This document shows positions 35,536-49,482 of a DNA stretch of 60,680 nt, piece by piece. Both the position numbers and the translations under genes were made by a program. The stretch is from Octopus bimaculoides. Lineage: Eukaryota. The notes beneath the pieces are model-generated. The model saw only the letters and a list, made by a program, of their open reading frames with translations. It had not been told where the DNA came from and made no database searches. Positions within the stretch are counted from its first letter, which is position 1. Each line of letters opens with the position of its first letter. The stretch is taken from positions 36,864,807-36,925,486 of the forward strand of contig NC_069002.1 of the NCBI RefSeq assembly GCF_001194135.2, written 5' to 3'.

Positions 35536-36959
35536 TTGCCATATTGCTTGCAGGGTGGATGAATGGGTGCTGTACCTTGCCAAACAGCAGCCCATAACTA
35601 TGCAGAGCATGGTTGTCATTCCGTGAAGTATTTTCAAAATACTTGCATACTCTAAATGCCCACATGTAAGTGAGTCTGTAATCATTTCTGTCAATCTGTT
35701 GCTTTTGAAAATGGTGGTGGGCTTCCACTGATCTGAAGCCACTGCAGATAACAGCCAACTCCTGGATTTATTGATTGGCTGATTTATTCATTAGATTGTT
35801 TTAGAGAGAGAGAGAGATAAAATGAAAGAGAGAGAGAGAGAGGAACAAATTCCAATGTGTTGTATAAACAATATTGAGTCATTTCAATATTTATTTATTT
35901 TGATTTCCTGTTTTGCAAACTTTGACTCTGCCACTCTCTATTCCACTGATATTACAAACACNNNNNNNNNNNNNNNNNNNNNNNNNNNNNNNNNNNNNNN
36001 NNNNNNNNNNNNNNNNNNNNNNNNNNNNNNNNNNNNNNNNNNNNNNNNNNNNNNNNNNNNNNNNNNNNNNNNNNNNNNNNNNNNNNNNNNNNNNNNNNNN
36101 NNNNNNNNNNNNNNNNNNNNNNNNNNNNNNNNNNNNNNNNNNNNNNNNNNNNNNNNNNNNNNNNNNNNNNNNNNNNNNNNNNNNNNNNNNNNNNNNNNNN
36201 NNNNNNNNNNNNNNNNNNNNNNNNNNNNNNNNNNNNNNNNNNNNNNNNNNNNNNNNNNNNNNNNNNNNNNNNNNNNNNNNNNNNNNNNNNNNNNNNNNNN
36301 NNNNNNNNNNNNNNNNNNNNNNNNNNNNNNNNNNNNNNNNNNNNNNNNNNNNNNNNNNNNNNNNNNNNNNNNNNNNNNNNNNNNNNNNNNNNNNNNNNNN
36401 NNNNNNNNNNNNNNNNNNNNNNNNNNNNNNNNNNNNNNNNNNNNNNNNNNNNNNNNNNNNNNNNNNNNNNNNNNNNNNNNNNNNNNNNNNNNNNNNNNNN
36501 NNNNNNNNNNNNNNNNNNNNNNNNNNNNNNNNNNNNNNNNNNNNNNNNNNNNNNNNNNNNNNNNNNNNNNNNNNNNNNNNNNNNNNNNNNNNNNNNNNNN
36601 NNNNNNNNNNNNNNNNNNNNNNNNNNNNNNNNNNNNNNNNNNNNNNNNNNNNNNNNNNCATAACCTCCTTGGAGGGGGTAAAAAAAAAATAACACAGCCA
36701 AATGATTTTAAGAAAAAAAGCCCTTTTGAAAACAGGAATCATCTGAAGCAGTTCACAATCACCAGCACCATCAGCAGCATTGTTATTGCTTCCACTTCCA
36801 CCACACACACCGCCATCAGTGACGGTTACCTTGACAGTCACTTTCACCACCACAACCAATATAACCACTGCAATACCACCATCACACAACTAACACTATC
36901 ATCAACACCACCATCACCTCACCATCAGACATCACACCGCTCCTGTTGCCATTATAACC

Positions 36960-37497
36960 ACCGATACTAGTTTCCACAAAAACTGTTTGCTGAGAGCTGC
37001 ACAAAGCTGGATTTCACAGGAGAGCTGCAATCAGAAAACTACTATATTCAAAAACAAGTGTTGCAAAGTGTTTAGAGCAGAATAAAAACCTACAGAATTG
37101 ATCCCTAGAGCAATGGAAGAATGTTATTTTCTCGGATGAGTCGTCCTTTACTCTATTTCCAAGCCGAGTATACCTGTGGAGACAACCAAAGAAGCATTTG
37201 ACCCAGACTGCCTTCTTCCAACTGTTAAACATGGAAGAGGATCTATGATGATCTGGGTGGGGGGCTATATCTTGGAAATCTGCCTGTCCAATGGTTTCCC
37301 TTCATGGCAGAATTAATAGTCAAGACTATTTAAGCATTTTATCTAATCAAATTCATCCTATGGTTGCGGAACTGTTTCCAGAGGGAAATGCCATCTTTCA
37401 GGATGATAATGCACCAATTCACACAGCTAAAGTTGTTACTGAATGGCACGAGGAACATTCTAGTAAAGTTGAATATCTTATCTGGCCACCACAGTCC
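36960..37497 (+). mobile_element. Tc1-family transposase fragment running into an assembly gap
   Basis: EQWKNVIFSDESSFTLF..RVYLWRQPKEAFDPDCLLPTVKHGRGSMMIW, GRINSQDY...NAIFQDDNAPIHTAK...LIWPPQS (first two D of the DDE triad visible). Confidence 0.85.
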
Positions 37498-39324
37498 NNN
37501 NNNNNNNNNNNNNNNNNNNNNNNNNNNNNNNNNNNNNNNNNNNNNNNNNNNNNNNNNNNNNNNNNNNNNNNNNNNNNNNNNNNNNNNNNNNNNNNNNNNN
37601 NNNNNNNNNNNNNNNNNNNNNNNNNNNNNNNNNNNNNNNNNNNNNNNNNNNNNNNNNNNNNNNNNNNNNNNNNNNNNNNNNNNNNNNNNNNNNNNNNNNN
37701 NNNNNNNNNNNNNNNNNNNNNNNNNNNNNNNNNNNNNNNNNNNNNNNNNNNNNNNNNNNNNNNNNNNNNNNNNNNNNNNNNNNNNNNNNNNNNNNNNNNN
37801 NNNNNNNNNNNNNNNNNNNNNNNNNNNNNNNNNNNNNNNNNNNNNNNNNNNNNNNNNNNNNNNNNNNNNNNNNNNNNNNNNNNNNNNNNNNNNNNNNNNN
37901 NNNNNNNNNNNNNNNNNNNNNNNNNNNNNNNNNNNNNNNNNNNNNNNNNNNNNNNNNNNNNNNNNNNNNATATATATTCATGTGTATATGTATATATGTA
38001 TGTGTGTGAATATATATGAATATATATATATGTATATGTGTACATATATATATATAGAGAGAAAGAGAGAGAAACATGAAGCATGAAGTTTGTATTTCTC
38101 TATTTCATCTGTAACCACATTTCTGAGATCGATAATCTACATTGATGAGCAAAGATAGAGAGTGAACACAAAGCAGCTCATTCAAGCATACCAGTCATGT
38201 CTTCAGGCAGGGTTGAAATAGCAAACACATGATAGGGCTTTACTCATTAATTTGGCTTATTGATCACTGAAACATGTATAATAAATGAAATAAAGAATTA
38301 CAAACTCTATACTTCATGTTTTTCTATTGTTCTTCATACTACATAATAACTCTGCTAGAAGTGCTTCTGCTCCACTGGGTTCCTAACAGATGGAGTTTAA
38401 TGTAGATGCTGTCAAAACTACCTGTACAGAAATTTTATTGAACATCTGGTGCAAACATTTCCCCTTAGAAAACATTCCAAAGCTGGTTCTGGAGTTCATT
38501 GCAGCCATGTGGCTTGCCAGATTTTGTCAAACTGTCAAATCTATGCCAACATGGAAAATGGACATTAAATGATGATGATGACATTATGTGTGTGTGTGTG
38601 TGTGTGTATGAATTTGTGTTTATTTTGTTCATATTCTTAATCTCCGTATTTTTCCACGTAGATTGATTGAAAAAAAAAATTCGATAAAAAGTTTTAAAAA
38701 GTTAAAGAAAAAAACCCCACTTTAATTTCACATAAATTACTCTGTCATATTACTGCGGGAAATTACTCTGAAAGAAATCTTTGCAGAAAAATGTGTAGTT
38801 TGATTACATTATGTTATCGCAGTTTTGTGAGATTTGACTGTTATTTCTAGCATGTGGCTAGCATGCTTGAAGGTCTGGGGGTATATATATGTTTTTTTTT
38901 TTTTTTGTTGAAAATAGAAATTTTACAAACAAATTTTTTTTCAGAATCGTAATCTTATTTTTCTATGTATTTCGCAAAAAAAAAAGAAAAGAAAATCCGG
39001 AAAAAAAGTGAAAATGAAGGGGGTGGAGGTGAGGGGGATTGAAATTTTGAAAATGCGATTTTTGAAATTTTTTTTTTTTTTTCAGAATCGGATTCTCCAT
39101 AACCAAAAACGTAGGATTCCGAAAGTTATGACGGAAACATCGGATCTTGTGAATTTTCCGAAAGTCCTAAACCCACCCACCTCGGGTCGTTAGGACAATT
39201 TTTTTTTTCATATTCGTTTCCTATATACTTGTTAACACCCAACAGGTTGGTTTATTATTATTATTTTTTTTGTTTTTTGTTCTCGGGTGAAGACCTTTAT
39301 ATTGACCTATGTCTGTATGCGTGT

Positions 39325-39478
39325 CTGTATGTAGTAGACAAGTTTGTCTACCTGGGCAGCACACTCAGCCGTTCTTGCTCCCTGGATGAGGAAATAGGTT
39401 TCAGGTTGCAGAGAGCAGCTCATTCCTTCCGCTCTCTTCAGTCTCGTGTCTGGTCCCAGCATGGCATAGCAAGGCAAA
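39325..39478 (+). mobile_element. RTE (BovB-like) RT fragment just upstream of the MFS gene ATG
   Basis: VVDKFVYLGSTLSRSCSLDEEIGFRLQRAAHSFRSLQSRVWSQHGI, in an open frame. Confidence 0.8.
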
Positions 39479-39594
39479 CGTATGTATGTATGTACATACA
39501 AGTACGAGTATATACAAATGTGCACACACACACACGGGGACACCCCCCCCCCTGCTAAGCGCACTCTACACATTGTGTCATGTGACCCACCAAC

Positions 39595-39732
39595 ATGGCT
39601 GATATAAACTCCTGTGATGTTACTTCGACGGACGTCAGTGTTAATACTCCGCGGATGGACAAATACAAAGTCTACAAGCAGCGATGGTATATTCTAGCCG
39701 TTATCTCTGTTATTAACTTCTCCAATTCTGTG
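39595..39732 (+). CDS. SLC49A3: MFS transporter SLC49A3/MFSD7-like, coding exon 1
   Basis: caacATGG Kozak-like start. ...YKVYKQRWYILAVISVINFSNSV, then donor GTG|GTCAGT. The YxxRW..L motif is typical of the FLVCR/SLC49 family. Confidence 0.88.
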
Positions 39733-42479
39733 GTCAGTATATCTTTTTCTTCACTTCCAATTACACACTTTTCTTAGTTTCGCTTTCATTTGTTTCTTCT
39801 TTCTTCAACCACTTTAATTAAGTTCTTCTACTTCGTCTGCTCTTTACAATTCCCGGATCTCAAACACACACATTTCATTATATATATGTGTGTGTGTTCA
39901 AAGTAGTTTATATTTTACTGTCCTTGTTTTATTATCTTCTTTTTACACCCAGTTGCGCAAAATTAGATGAAAAGGTTTGTTTCATTCAGCTGATTTTTGT
40001 TTTGGTGTCAACATTACCCAACGCCCATACATATTCTCTGCAGGAAAACACTTCTCGAAGGATGTATTTTCTATAAAGACAACATATCATAAATTCTAAC
40101 CGTGGATATAGTTAAACTTTAACCCCGAGAAATATATCGACAATGCTTCTACCAGGATTATTTCAAAGAGTTCTATTTACCATTATAGGACTGTGCTAAC
40201 CATTTGTACAGACGTTTTGTTTACTCGTCAGTTTAGCTCCCCGATTGTTTAGGTTTTTATGTGGGAGATGGGGTCATAATCCATGAGTTCGCTATTCTTA
40301 TACTTACGTACCACCCTTCGTGAGTTTTTGGTTGTGTGTTGCTATAAAGTTTACCATTTAAACCATTCAAATGCCCGTCTCAGTTTACATTTAATACATT
40401 CTGGATATGAATGGATTTATAGATGAAAATATGAATTTTTTCACCTCGATGCTTACTGAATATCGGGTTTCCATTTGTCTTTTATGGGCCACATTTCAGT
40501 GTTCTGCAAAATTTTATCCATAATAATAAATTTTTAAGTGTATATCAACTTTTCCAGGAATGTGATCCGCTTGTTTTCCTTCTCACATCGCACTGGCATT
40601 ATTCTTATTTCTAAATATTAATTAACTTTTTATTCTACACACCGACGCTACTTGTTTTCTCTCGCATTTAACTTTTGCCGACCATGTGACAAAAAGCAGA
40701 GAAAAAAAACAAAAATCAATATTCCTTTCCTTCGATGATCGAATTCAATCTCAGCCGAATCAACAATTGGAACCTTCTGTAGTTCACACAAAACTCCCCA
40801 CGGTCATTCCTTCATCGTTTATCCGCCACACATGATCATAACGAACCATCCGTTACATATCTTTTATTCATTTTATATGACAATTAGTGAACCATTACGT
40901 CGTAGGGTATAAGTTTCTTCTGATTCACTCACTACTTCGCTGTTTTGCTACATTTTTGATGACGAGAATGACTCGAGGGCGGAATAGAACAATTATCATA
41001 AGGGACTTCATTCTGAAAGCACCGGCCATTCGGGGGCGGAGCGGTTCCTTGGTGCCTTTTATATATTTCGCCAACTTACAACGGGTTCCCACACAAAATT
41101 TCCGTCTTCCAAGTTCCATTCACAACTTGAAGTTTAGGTAGATCAGTTTCCCAAAGTTCCACGCATTGGAATTAAACATAAAAGCACGTGGTGCCGAACC
41201 AAACATTGAACCACGCAGCTATGTTTTTGCACTCAGACCTGTCTTGTGTGTGTTGGTCACAGGTCGGAATGGGCATGGATTTTGTCCAGAATGCGAACCC
41301 CAGGAATTATTTATCAGGATTTGATCGGCACGGACATGACTGTCTGAAACTACTCAAAATAATATTCAGACAACTAGTGATATAAGACAATCCATTTTGC
41401 ATGTATGTCTCATGTAATATGTGCAGTAGATGCTGTTGTGTTTATATTATGTGTATAAATGAAATCTTCGTGCATTCGAATTGATGTAGAATGCGCACCT
41501 AAGTCCATTGTGTTTTCGATGCGCCACATTTATTGTGAAGTGGAGAATTTTTGCTTTACCCTCGGATGCTGTATGCTCGAACTGCGGGGAAAGTATTGTT
41601 GCTGAACCTGTCTTTGTTGGGGGGGGGGGAAGCTACGTCTGGAATAATTGAAACAAACTCAGGACGAACAGTTAACTTGATATTTATTGCCGGACATATT
41701 GATATTTGGGGTTGGTTATTTACAATGAACAACGTTAATTATTGCCGAATGGGACAGAGAAAAGCTGTACAACATCCATAGAAGTTATTTATGAAACAGT
41801 GTGAATATTCAGATTGATAAGTTCAAGAACCACGTATTGTCTGCACAAATGTCCCAAGTTATTTGCATGGCAAGAGAAAAAGCACGTGAACCAGTCAGCT
41901 GTTTTCAGCACTCTGCTATGAGTTAAAAGTGCCAAACTATTTTTAAGAGGTTAAATTTTAGAACATTTGAGAAAACCACATCACACCACAGCTTCACGCC
42001 AATTGATCAATTTGTAGATCAATCACATGAAACTGGTAGTTTATTCAGGGTGCCTGACTGACTATCTAACGGTTGGGTTCAAATCCTTGCTACATCCTTA
42101 TAAGAGGGTTAAGTGGGTTAGTGCATTAAAATCTGTTTATAAAAAGCTGAACTATACAAATAAGAATGAAAAAAACAAACAAAAAGGCACTTGTTACCAA
42201 CAAAAGAAATATTTTCATCTGATTAATTCATTTGTTATTAGCAAGAATTTAGAATTTTACAATCATGGCATGGAATGTTATGTAAGAAAATAACCATCTG
42301 CAGAACTTGGTTAATATTCTTAGATATTAGTTTAAAATTTTGGCACAAGGCCAGCAATTTCAAGGGAGGGATTTAAGTCGATTACATCAACCCTGCAATG
42401 CTGATCTGATACTTATTCAATCAACCCTGAAAGGATGAAAGTCAAAGTCGACCTCAGCAGACTTTGAAAGAACTGAGAA

Positions 42480-42660
42480 AATCCTGAAGTCACAATGCCT
42501 CGATCTCAAGCAAGCTAAGGCCAGCATCATGGATGAGAAAGCATGGAATAATCTCATCACCAAAGTCTGTCATTTGGCAACATCTACAACAGTGTATTGG
42601 TCGAGAGGACAGCCCCCCCCCCATCTCCAGTCGCCAGGTAGGGATTAAAGAAGAAAAGGA
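42480..42660 (+). mobile_element. RTE LINE 3' tail (same family as 10090-10415)
   Basis: tgcctcgatctcaag...aaagcatggaataatctcatc...gtcgccaggtagggattaaagaagaa aligns with 10260-10415. Confidence 0.7.
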
Positions 42661-42996
42661 ATAAGAAGTAGCACCTGTCAGGATCCCAGCTGTGGGTTAA
42701 TTTGTGTATTAAGTCTTGCCTACCTATGCATGTGAAGACTGAATCCAATGGACTCTGCAGAGGAAACCATTATGGTTCAACAAAGAGGAAGGTGACTACA
42801 ACAGCAAATTGTTGATGGAGAGAGCAAGATGAAACAAGACACAATTTGATCACCCAATGCATCCGTCTCCATCTCCAGTTGTCTTGACCTGGTCTTGCCA
42901 CTGATTTGAAGATGCTCCTGGATGAGTGAGGTTGATGGTATCCAGCTGCTCCCCATTGCTGTAACGGATGACCCTTATGTGTATATATGTATATAT

Positions 42997-43393
42997 CAGG
43001 GACATGCTGCCTAGGTAGGCAACGTAGGCAGTGCCTACCCTGAATAAACTAGATCGATAGTCATATTTTCCTCTTATGGCAAAATATGCACCTAATTCAA
43101 TAAAATTATGAAGGTTACTCTGCAGAAGATGCAAAACGTTTTATTTTTTTGTAGATTAGTTGGGCATAATTCTCCCCTGCTTTTCAATCTCAGTATTAAA
43201 GATACATAGAGTACTGCTGTAGTACACGTGCTGTGTACACTCCTACAACGTTTTCTTTATGTGCTATAAAGGCAGAAGTAAATCTGCCTCCAACTCAGTC
43301 ATGTGGCTGTGTTTTGCTTATTTTTTTGTGTGTTTTACTACATAAATGTCACCAACTGCCTACCCTGAGGAATTACTGATGGCACATGCCTGG
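42997..43393. mobile_element. ~400-bp MITE with imperfect short TIRs in TA-rich flanks
   Basis: Left end tatatCAGGGACATGC, right end GGCACATGCCTGGtatat. The right end is homologous to 1377-1490. Confidence 0.5.
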
Positions 43394-44894
43394 TATATAT
43401 GTATATATGTATGTAACATAAGTATGGAATGTACAACTGTTACATTCCCCTATCTTAGCAGTTCATCAAAGAGACCAATAAAACACACACGAGACTTTAA
43501 AATACGTACCATGGCTGGTTTATTTGAAAAAAACCATTCAAGGTAGTGCTCCAGCATGGCTGCAGTCCAGTGACGATAGAAAGTAAAAGAATAGTGTGGC
43601 AACACATTATCCAATGTATCTTTTCTTTTTTAAGACACTGGGGTGTGATTTGGGAAAGTTTTGGCTGTTATTTCTAGCAATTCAAGTAACAGCATAGTCA
43701 TATCCATGATGATATGATTAAAGACATTCCAGGCATGTCCACCTATCTAGGAGTGTGTCTAGGATTACATTATCTCATATATCCCTCAGCTAAACCAGCA
43801 GGATTTGATATGAGGGGATTTTGTTACTAATTCTAGCAGTTCAAGTGACTATGTCTAGGATATTTTGCTTGACTTATCGAATCCCAGTCAACATTGACTG
43901 AGTAGAGCAATGAACAATGGTATTCCAGCCATGACCATCCTTTGCTGGTTTCTAGAACTACATTATCTGATGTGTTTTTCCTTTCTTATGACAATAATGC
44001 ATAATTTGAGGGAGATTTAGCTTCTGTTTCTAGCAGGTTGAGCAACTGTGTGTAGTCATCATAAATGTTTTGATGATGATGGTAGTGTCTATCTAATTGG
44101 CCTTTGTTGAGAAAGTAAGATCCCTGTCTCTATTTGATTTCCTGACAACCCATCAAAGGCCTTCTTTGATTAGCCTTTTAATCTGTGTATTAGCCACAGT
44201 CTAATGAAATCTCGTCGGTTGATCAGCTTAAGTGTTTGATAAACTGAACCATTTTCTCTTCCTTCTCCTACATTTGAACTCAGAAAAAAATATGACAAAC
44301 ATCCTGTTGCTTTTTATCTGACGTCAAATTAATTTATCTCGTTATGGTTATTTATCAAGTCACGAGTTTGTAGAATCTAGTTTCTACTGTTTGTAGTGTG
44401 TTGCTAGATTAATAACCTTATGCCAGCATAGTTATGGAGTTAATGAGTTTGTTTTGCAATTGAGTGGTTTTTTTTTGGTGCGATCTTCCTAGATCACTGA
44501 AATACTTACCAGCTGGGATTGATAGAATCTCCCCCAAATTGTTCCCTTGTACCAATGTTCGGAACCCTTTATTTTACTTATGAAGCTAAGTCTGAATATT
44601 ACATAATGTTGAGACAGCAACTGGCAATATATTTGCATTGTTTTATGGGAATTAATAACAGTTTGGAAAAATAAAATTGTGTTCAGTATTGTTTTAATGT
44701 TCACTTTTCAATGCTTGCATGGGTCAGATAAATTCTGTTGAAGCAGATTTTCTACAGCTGGATACCTTTCCTGTCACCAACCTTCACCTCTTTCCAAATA
44801 AGGTAGTATTTCCTCATGGCCAACACTCATTTAAAATTAATGCGTGATGTTGACGCTGACACACATACACATTCACACACACATCCATGCCTGC

Positions 44895-45105
44895 GAAGAC
44901 CTGTTGAGGCAAATGAAATCAAATCAAATTCCCAAATTCGATGACTGGCACCGATGCCAGTGGAGTGCTAAGAGCACCATCTGAGTGTGATCGCTGCCAG
45001 ATCAGATTGGAGCCTGGTGCAGCCATCTGGTTCGCCAGTCCTCAGTCAAATCATCCAACGCATGCTAGCATGGAAAGCGGATGTTAAACGATGATGATGA
45101 TGATG
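44895..45105 (+). mobile_element. Retroposon 3' part with (GAT)n tail
   Basis: ...gagcctggtgcagccatctgg...atggaaagcggatgttaaacgatgatgat, matching 26360-26635. Confidence 0.7.
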
Positions 45106-45774
45106 TATATATGTATATATATATATATATGTATATATATCATCATCATCATCATCATCGTTTANNNNNNNNNNNNNNNNNNNNNNNNNNNNNNNNNNNN
45201 NNNNNNNNNNNNNNNNNNNNNNNNNNNNNNNNNNNNNNNNNNNNNNNNNNNNNNNNNNNNNNNNNNNNNNNNNNNNNNNNNNNNNNNNNNNNNNNNNNNN
45301 NNNNNNNNNNNNNNNNNNNNNNNNNNNNNNNNNNNNNNNNNNNNNNNNNNNNNNNNNNNNNNNNNNNNNNNNNNNNNNNNNNNNNNNNNNNNNNNNNNNN
45401 NNNNNNNNNNNNNNNNNNNNNNNNNNNNNNNNNNNNNNNNNNNNNNNNNNNNNNNNNNNNNNNNNNNNNNNNNNNNNNNNNNNNNNNNNNNNNNNNNNNN
45501 NNNNNNNNNNNNNNNNNNNNNNNNNNNNNNNNNNNNNNNNNNNNNNNNNNNNNNNNNNNNNNNNNNNNNNNNNNNNNNNNNNNNNNNNNNNNNNNNNNNN
45601 NNNNNNNNNNNNNNNNNNNNNNNNNNNNNNNNNNNNNNNNNNNNNTGTGTGTGTGTGTGTGTGTATATATTTAAAAAAAATTTTTTTTTTTTATCTAGTT
45701 TCAGCTCATGAGCTGTGGCCATGATGGGGCACCGCCATTTGGCATTGCTACATAATTTTACTTCATGAATGTTT

Positions 45775-46125
45775 TTCAGGAATTGACATTTGGTGCATGA
45801 GAGAGTTTGATGCAGCTGCCCTCATCTGCACCTCCTGACAGGAAGAGGTCCAACCTCATCTTGAAGACACCAATATCCTCCCGAAAGACCTGAGATACCT
45901 GCATGGGGTGGATGTAGAAGAGCTGTGGACCTCTGAAGCCCAGACTATTACAGTATCTTATCCTACATCCTGATGGCAAATTTGGAGTCCTTGGCACTAT
46001 GCAATGGCGTCCAATTCTAGTATTTGTGTAACTCTTGATGCCAAAGTTTGGGACAAGTCCTTCCAGGATTTTCCAGATCTATATTATGGCATATCTTTCT
46101 TGCCTACGCTCTAAGGAATATTTTA
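45775..46125 (-). mobile_element. CR1/L2-type LINE 3' end
   Basis: LPSGCRIRYCNSLGFRGPQLF...VFKMRLDLFLSGGADE is typical of a CR1/L2 ORF2 C-terminus. Confidence 0.65.
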
Positions 46126-46480
46126 TCCTTTTATCTTTTTGAAGATGTGTATTTAATTCATCACATGACATGTTAATTTTTGTGAAATAAACTGGGATTA
46201 AACTCAAACTGTTATTTCATTTGATTAGCTCATTTATTAGGACTAAACATTAGCAAAAAAAAAAAAAGAAATGAAATTTCCAAGCTACTGTCTTTTCTGG
46301 AGATCCAGAGAAATGAATGAATTAACCTACAGCTTGAATGGATATCTTTTTATCTTTTAGAAATTCCACGAGAAACTACACATTTCCAACAAGGTTGCAT
46401 TCAGCCCCCACCCTTTTGTTGTTGTTTTTTCTACCACAAAATAAACAAATATCAGAACATTTTGTATTTTATATTCCTAG

Positions 46481-46639
46481 ATATGGATAACATTTTCTCC
46501 AGTTGCTGATGTCACAACGAGATACTTTAACATCACCATAAAACAAGTAAACTGGTTGTCGTTGGTTTATCTTATTGCCACTGTGCCGTTTGGGATTGCA
46601 GCAATATGGCTCATAGACTCGGTCGGTCTCAGATCCAGT
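46481..46639 (+). CDS. SLC49A3: SLC49A3-like coding exon 2
   Basis: attcctag|ATA; IWITFSPVADV...QVNWLSLVYLIATVPFGIAAIWLIDSVGLRSS; donor AGT|GTGAGT; 159 nt, phase 0-0. Confidence 0.93.
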
Positions 46640-46769
46640 GTGAGTATCCAATGCAATTTACTGTTTGCAAGCATTTTATTTATATATATATTTTCATTTC
46701 TATTTTTCACGATGAATGGGATGCTGTTTTCTATTTCTTTTATTTTATTCTTTTATCTTTTTACTTGTT

Positions 46770-46942
46770 TCAGTCATTTGACTGGCCAAACTGGAGCACC
46801 GCCTCGAAGTGTTTTTGTCTAACAATTTAACCTCAGGACTTATTTTTAAGCCTAGTACTTATTCTATTGGGCTCTTTGCTGAACCGCTAAGTTATGGGGA
46901 CATAAACATACTAACACCGGTTGTCGAGCAAAGACGGTGGGA

Positions 46943-47002
<60 letters not shown>

Positions 47003-47150
47003 AGGTTTCTTTCAGTTTCTGTCTATCAAATCCACTCACAAAGTTTTGGTTGGCCTGAGATTATAGCAGGTGCCATGCAGTGGGATTGAACCTGGAACTA
47101 TGTGGTTGGGAAGCAAGTTTCTTACTACACAACCATGCCTGTGCCTATGT
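46770..47150 (-). mobile_element. tRNA-derived SINE, antisense in intron 2
   Basis: Reverse complement of the 8113/22470 family, including its internal (CA)n. Confidence 0.8.
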
Positions 47151-47202
47151 TTTTGTATAGTTATTTAATTTTTTTTTTTTTTAAATTTTTTTTTTTATCC
47201 AG

Positions 47203-47413
47203 ATAATTCTTTCTGCTTTGCTGAACTGCATTGGTTCCATTCTCCGAGTTGTCAGTTGTTATATCCCAGCAGTTTCCCGTTTCCCAGTGCTAATAACTGG
47301 CCAGACACTGGCTGCCTGTGCGCAACCATTCATTCTAATATCTCCTACAAAGATGGCAGCACTGTGGTTCAAAGATGATCAAAGAGCAACTGCTAACATG
47401 TTAGCTTCAATGG
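47203..47413 (+). CDS. SLC49A3: SLC49A3-like coding exon 3
   Basis: tatccag|ATA; IILSALLNCIGSILR...GQTLAACAQPFILISPTKMAALWFKDDQRATANMLASM; donor G|GTAAGT (phase 1). Confidence 0.95.
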
Positions 47414-47981
47414 GTAAGTTTTGTTTGTTTCTTTGTTTGATTTTTTTTCACATCCATTTTCCTATTGTTGTTGTTGTTGACTCTAAATCAGCCCTGGTCC
47501 TACAGGGACCAGGTTCAAAGGTATTCCAGCCATAGGCATCACTTGTTTTTTTTTGGGGGGGGGGTTCTGGTGGTAGGGAGGTGAATCATAATGTGCCACA
47601 GAGTCACCAACTACATTATCCAATGTGGTCTTTTTAAAGACAGTTAACATAGTTAACACAGTGTAATCGACTTTCCCCCTCCCCTCAAATTTCTGGCTTT
47701 GTGTCTATAGTAGAAAGAATATTGAACCAGTGCTTAGAACATAAATTTACACAAAATTTTAATTTAGATGCCTTTAAAAACAGAAAGTTTGTACCATAGA
47801 ACCAAAGCCAGTTTAAGGGATCAAAAGGATTAATATATTACCATTCTTATTGAAACTAAGCTGTCTTGTTAATCTTAATAAGAACAACAACAATTCACTG
47901 TACTCTCAGAATCCCTGCACTTTACCAACATTTTTGCAATTTGTGAATTTAAAATTAAAACTAAGTATTTTCTACTTTCAG

Positions 47982-48058
47982 CAAATCCACTTGGAATCAT
48001 GGTAGCAAATTTGGTTTCTCCAGCAGTTGTTACCAACAAAGACCGTATGCCTTTTTTG
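47982..48058 (+). CDS. SLC49A3: SLC49A3-like coding exon 4
   Basis: ctttcag|CA; (A)NPLGIMVANLVSPAVVTNKDRMPFL; donor TTG|GTAATA. Confidence 0.92.
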
Positions 48059-48896
48059 GTAATAACATTAACTTGAATTTCATTCATGCATCTACAATTT
48101 ATGTAAACGTGCACACACACACACACACACACACAAGAAAGATATCAAGCCATGTGTGTTGTGTGTGTGTGTGTGTGTGTATATATTTTACTGTTCCATT
48201 AAGGTAAGATTAACCAAAAATGTACTCCGTCCAGTGAGAAATAAATATAGTTTAATGTACATGGTATAAAGATGAAAGCTAATTTTTTCTTGCTGTGAAG
48301 ACATGTGTCTAGGCAGGTTTTATAACATACCACATGTCTCCAAGCAATATAGAGGCTCTGTGTATATACTATCTTCTGTTTGAAAATCAGGACGTGGGTA
48401 GATGAGAAATCGTTGAGAAGAAAACGAGAAGAAAAAAAAGTTGATGCACAAAATGGAAGGTTGAAGAAAAGAAAAGTAGAGTTATGTCCCCTTTTACCCT
48501 AGACGCCATGTTTAAACTAGTTGTGGAATAATTCAATGCAGAGGGGTCCAAAGTCTGTAACACAGATGCATCAGTTGTCCAAGTGATCGCAGAGTAACAT
48601 GACACGAAGTGTTTTGCTCAGGAATACAATGCACCACCTGGTCTAGTTAATTGAAATCACAATCACGCGGTCATGAGTGCAACACCCTTACCATTAAGTC
48701 ATATACTCCTCCACTTTCACATATTAATCATAAGGACACACTAATGTATGTCTTCCTACTAGAAGTGGGTCAAAACCCTCATTTAAATCACCCAAAAAAT
48801 TAACACTGTTATTAATCAACTATTTATATTACCTTCAGTAATGATAGCAATATTAATATCTATATAGATATTCACTTCTGAATATTTTGCTCATAA

Positions 48897-48950
<54 letters not shown>

Positions 48951-49482
48951 NNNNNNNNNNNNNNNNNNNNNNNNNNNNNNNNNNNNNNNNNNNNNNNNNN
49001 NNNNNNNNNNNNNNNNNNNNNNNNNNNNNNNNNNNNNNNNNNNNNNNNNNNNNNNNNNNNNNNNNNNNNNNNNNNNNNNNNNNNNNNNNNNNNNNNNNNN
49101 NNNNNNNNNNNNNNNNNNNNNNNNNNNNNNNNNNNNNNNNNNNNNNNNNNNNNNNNNNNNNNNNNNNNNNNNNNNNNNNNNNNNNNNNNNNNNNNNNNNN
49201 NNNNNNNNNNNNNNNNNNNNNNNNNNNNNNNNNNNNNNNNNNNNNNNNNNNNNNNNNNNNNNNNNNNNNNNNNNNNNNNNNNNNNNNNNNNNNNNNNNNN
49301 NNNNNNNNNNNNNNNNNNNNNNNNNNNNNNNNNNNNNNNNNNNNNNNNNNNNNNNNNNNNNNNNNNNNNNNNNNNNNNNNNNNNNNNNNNNNNNNNNNNN
49401 NNNNNNNNNNNNNNNNNNNNNNNNNNNNNNNNNNNNNNNNNNNNNNNNNNNNNNNNNNNNNNNNNNNNNNNNNNNNNNNNNN
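48951..49482. other. Assembly gap probably hiding SLC49A3-like coding exon 5
   Basis: The family segment between ...MPFL and LIRNKSY (TM6 plus the PPTPPS loop) is not found in the sequenced part of this intron. Confidence 0.6.
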
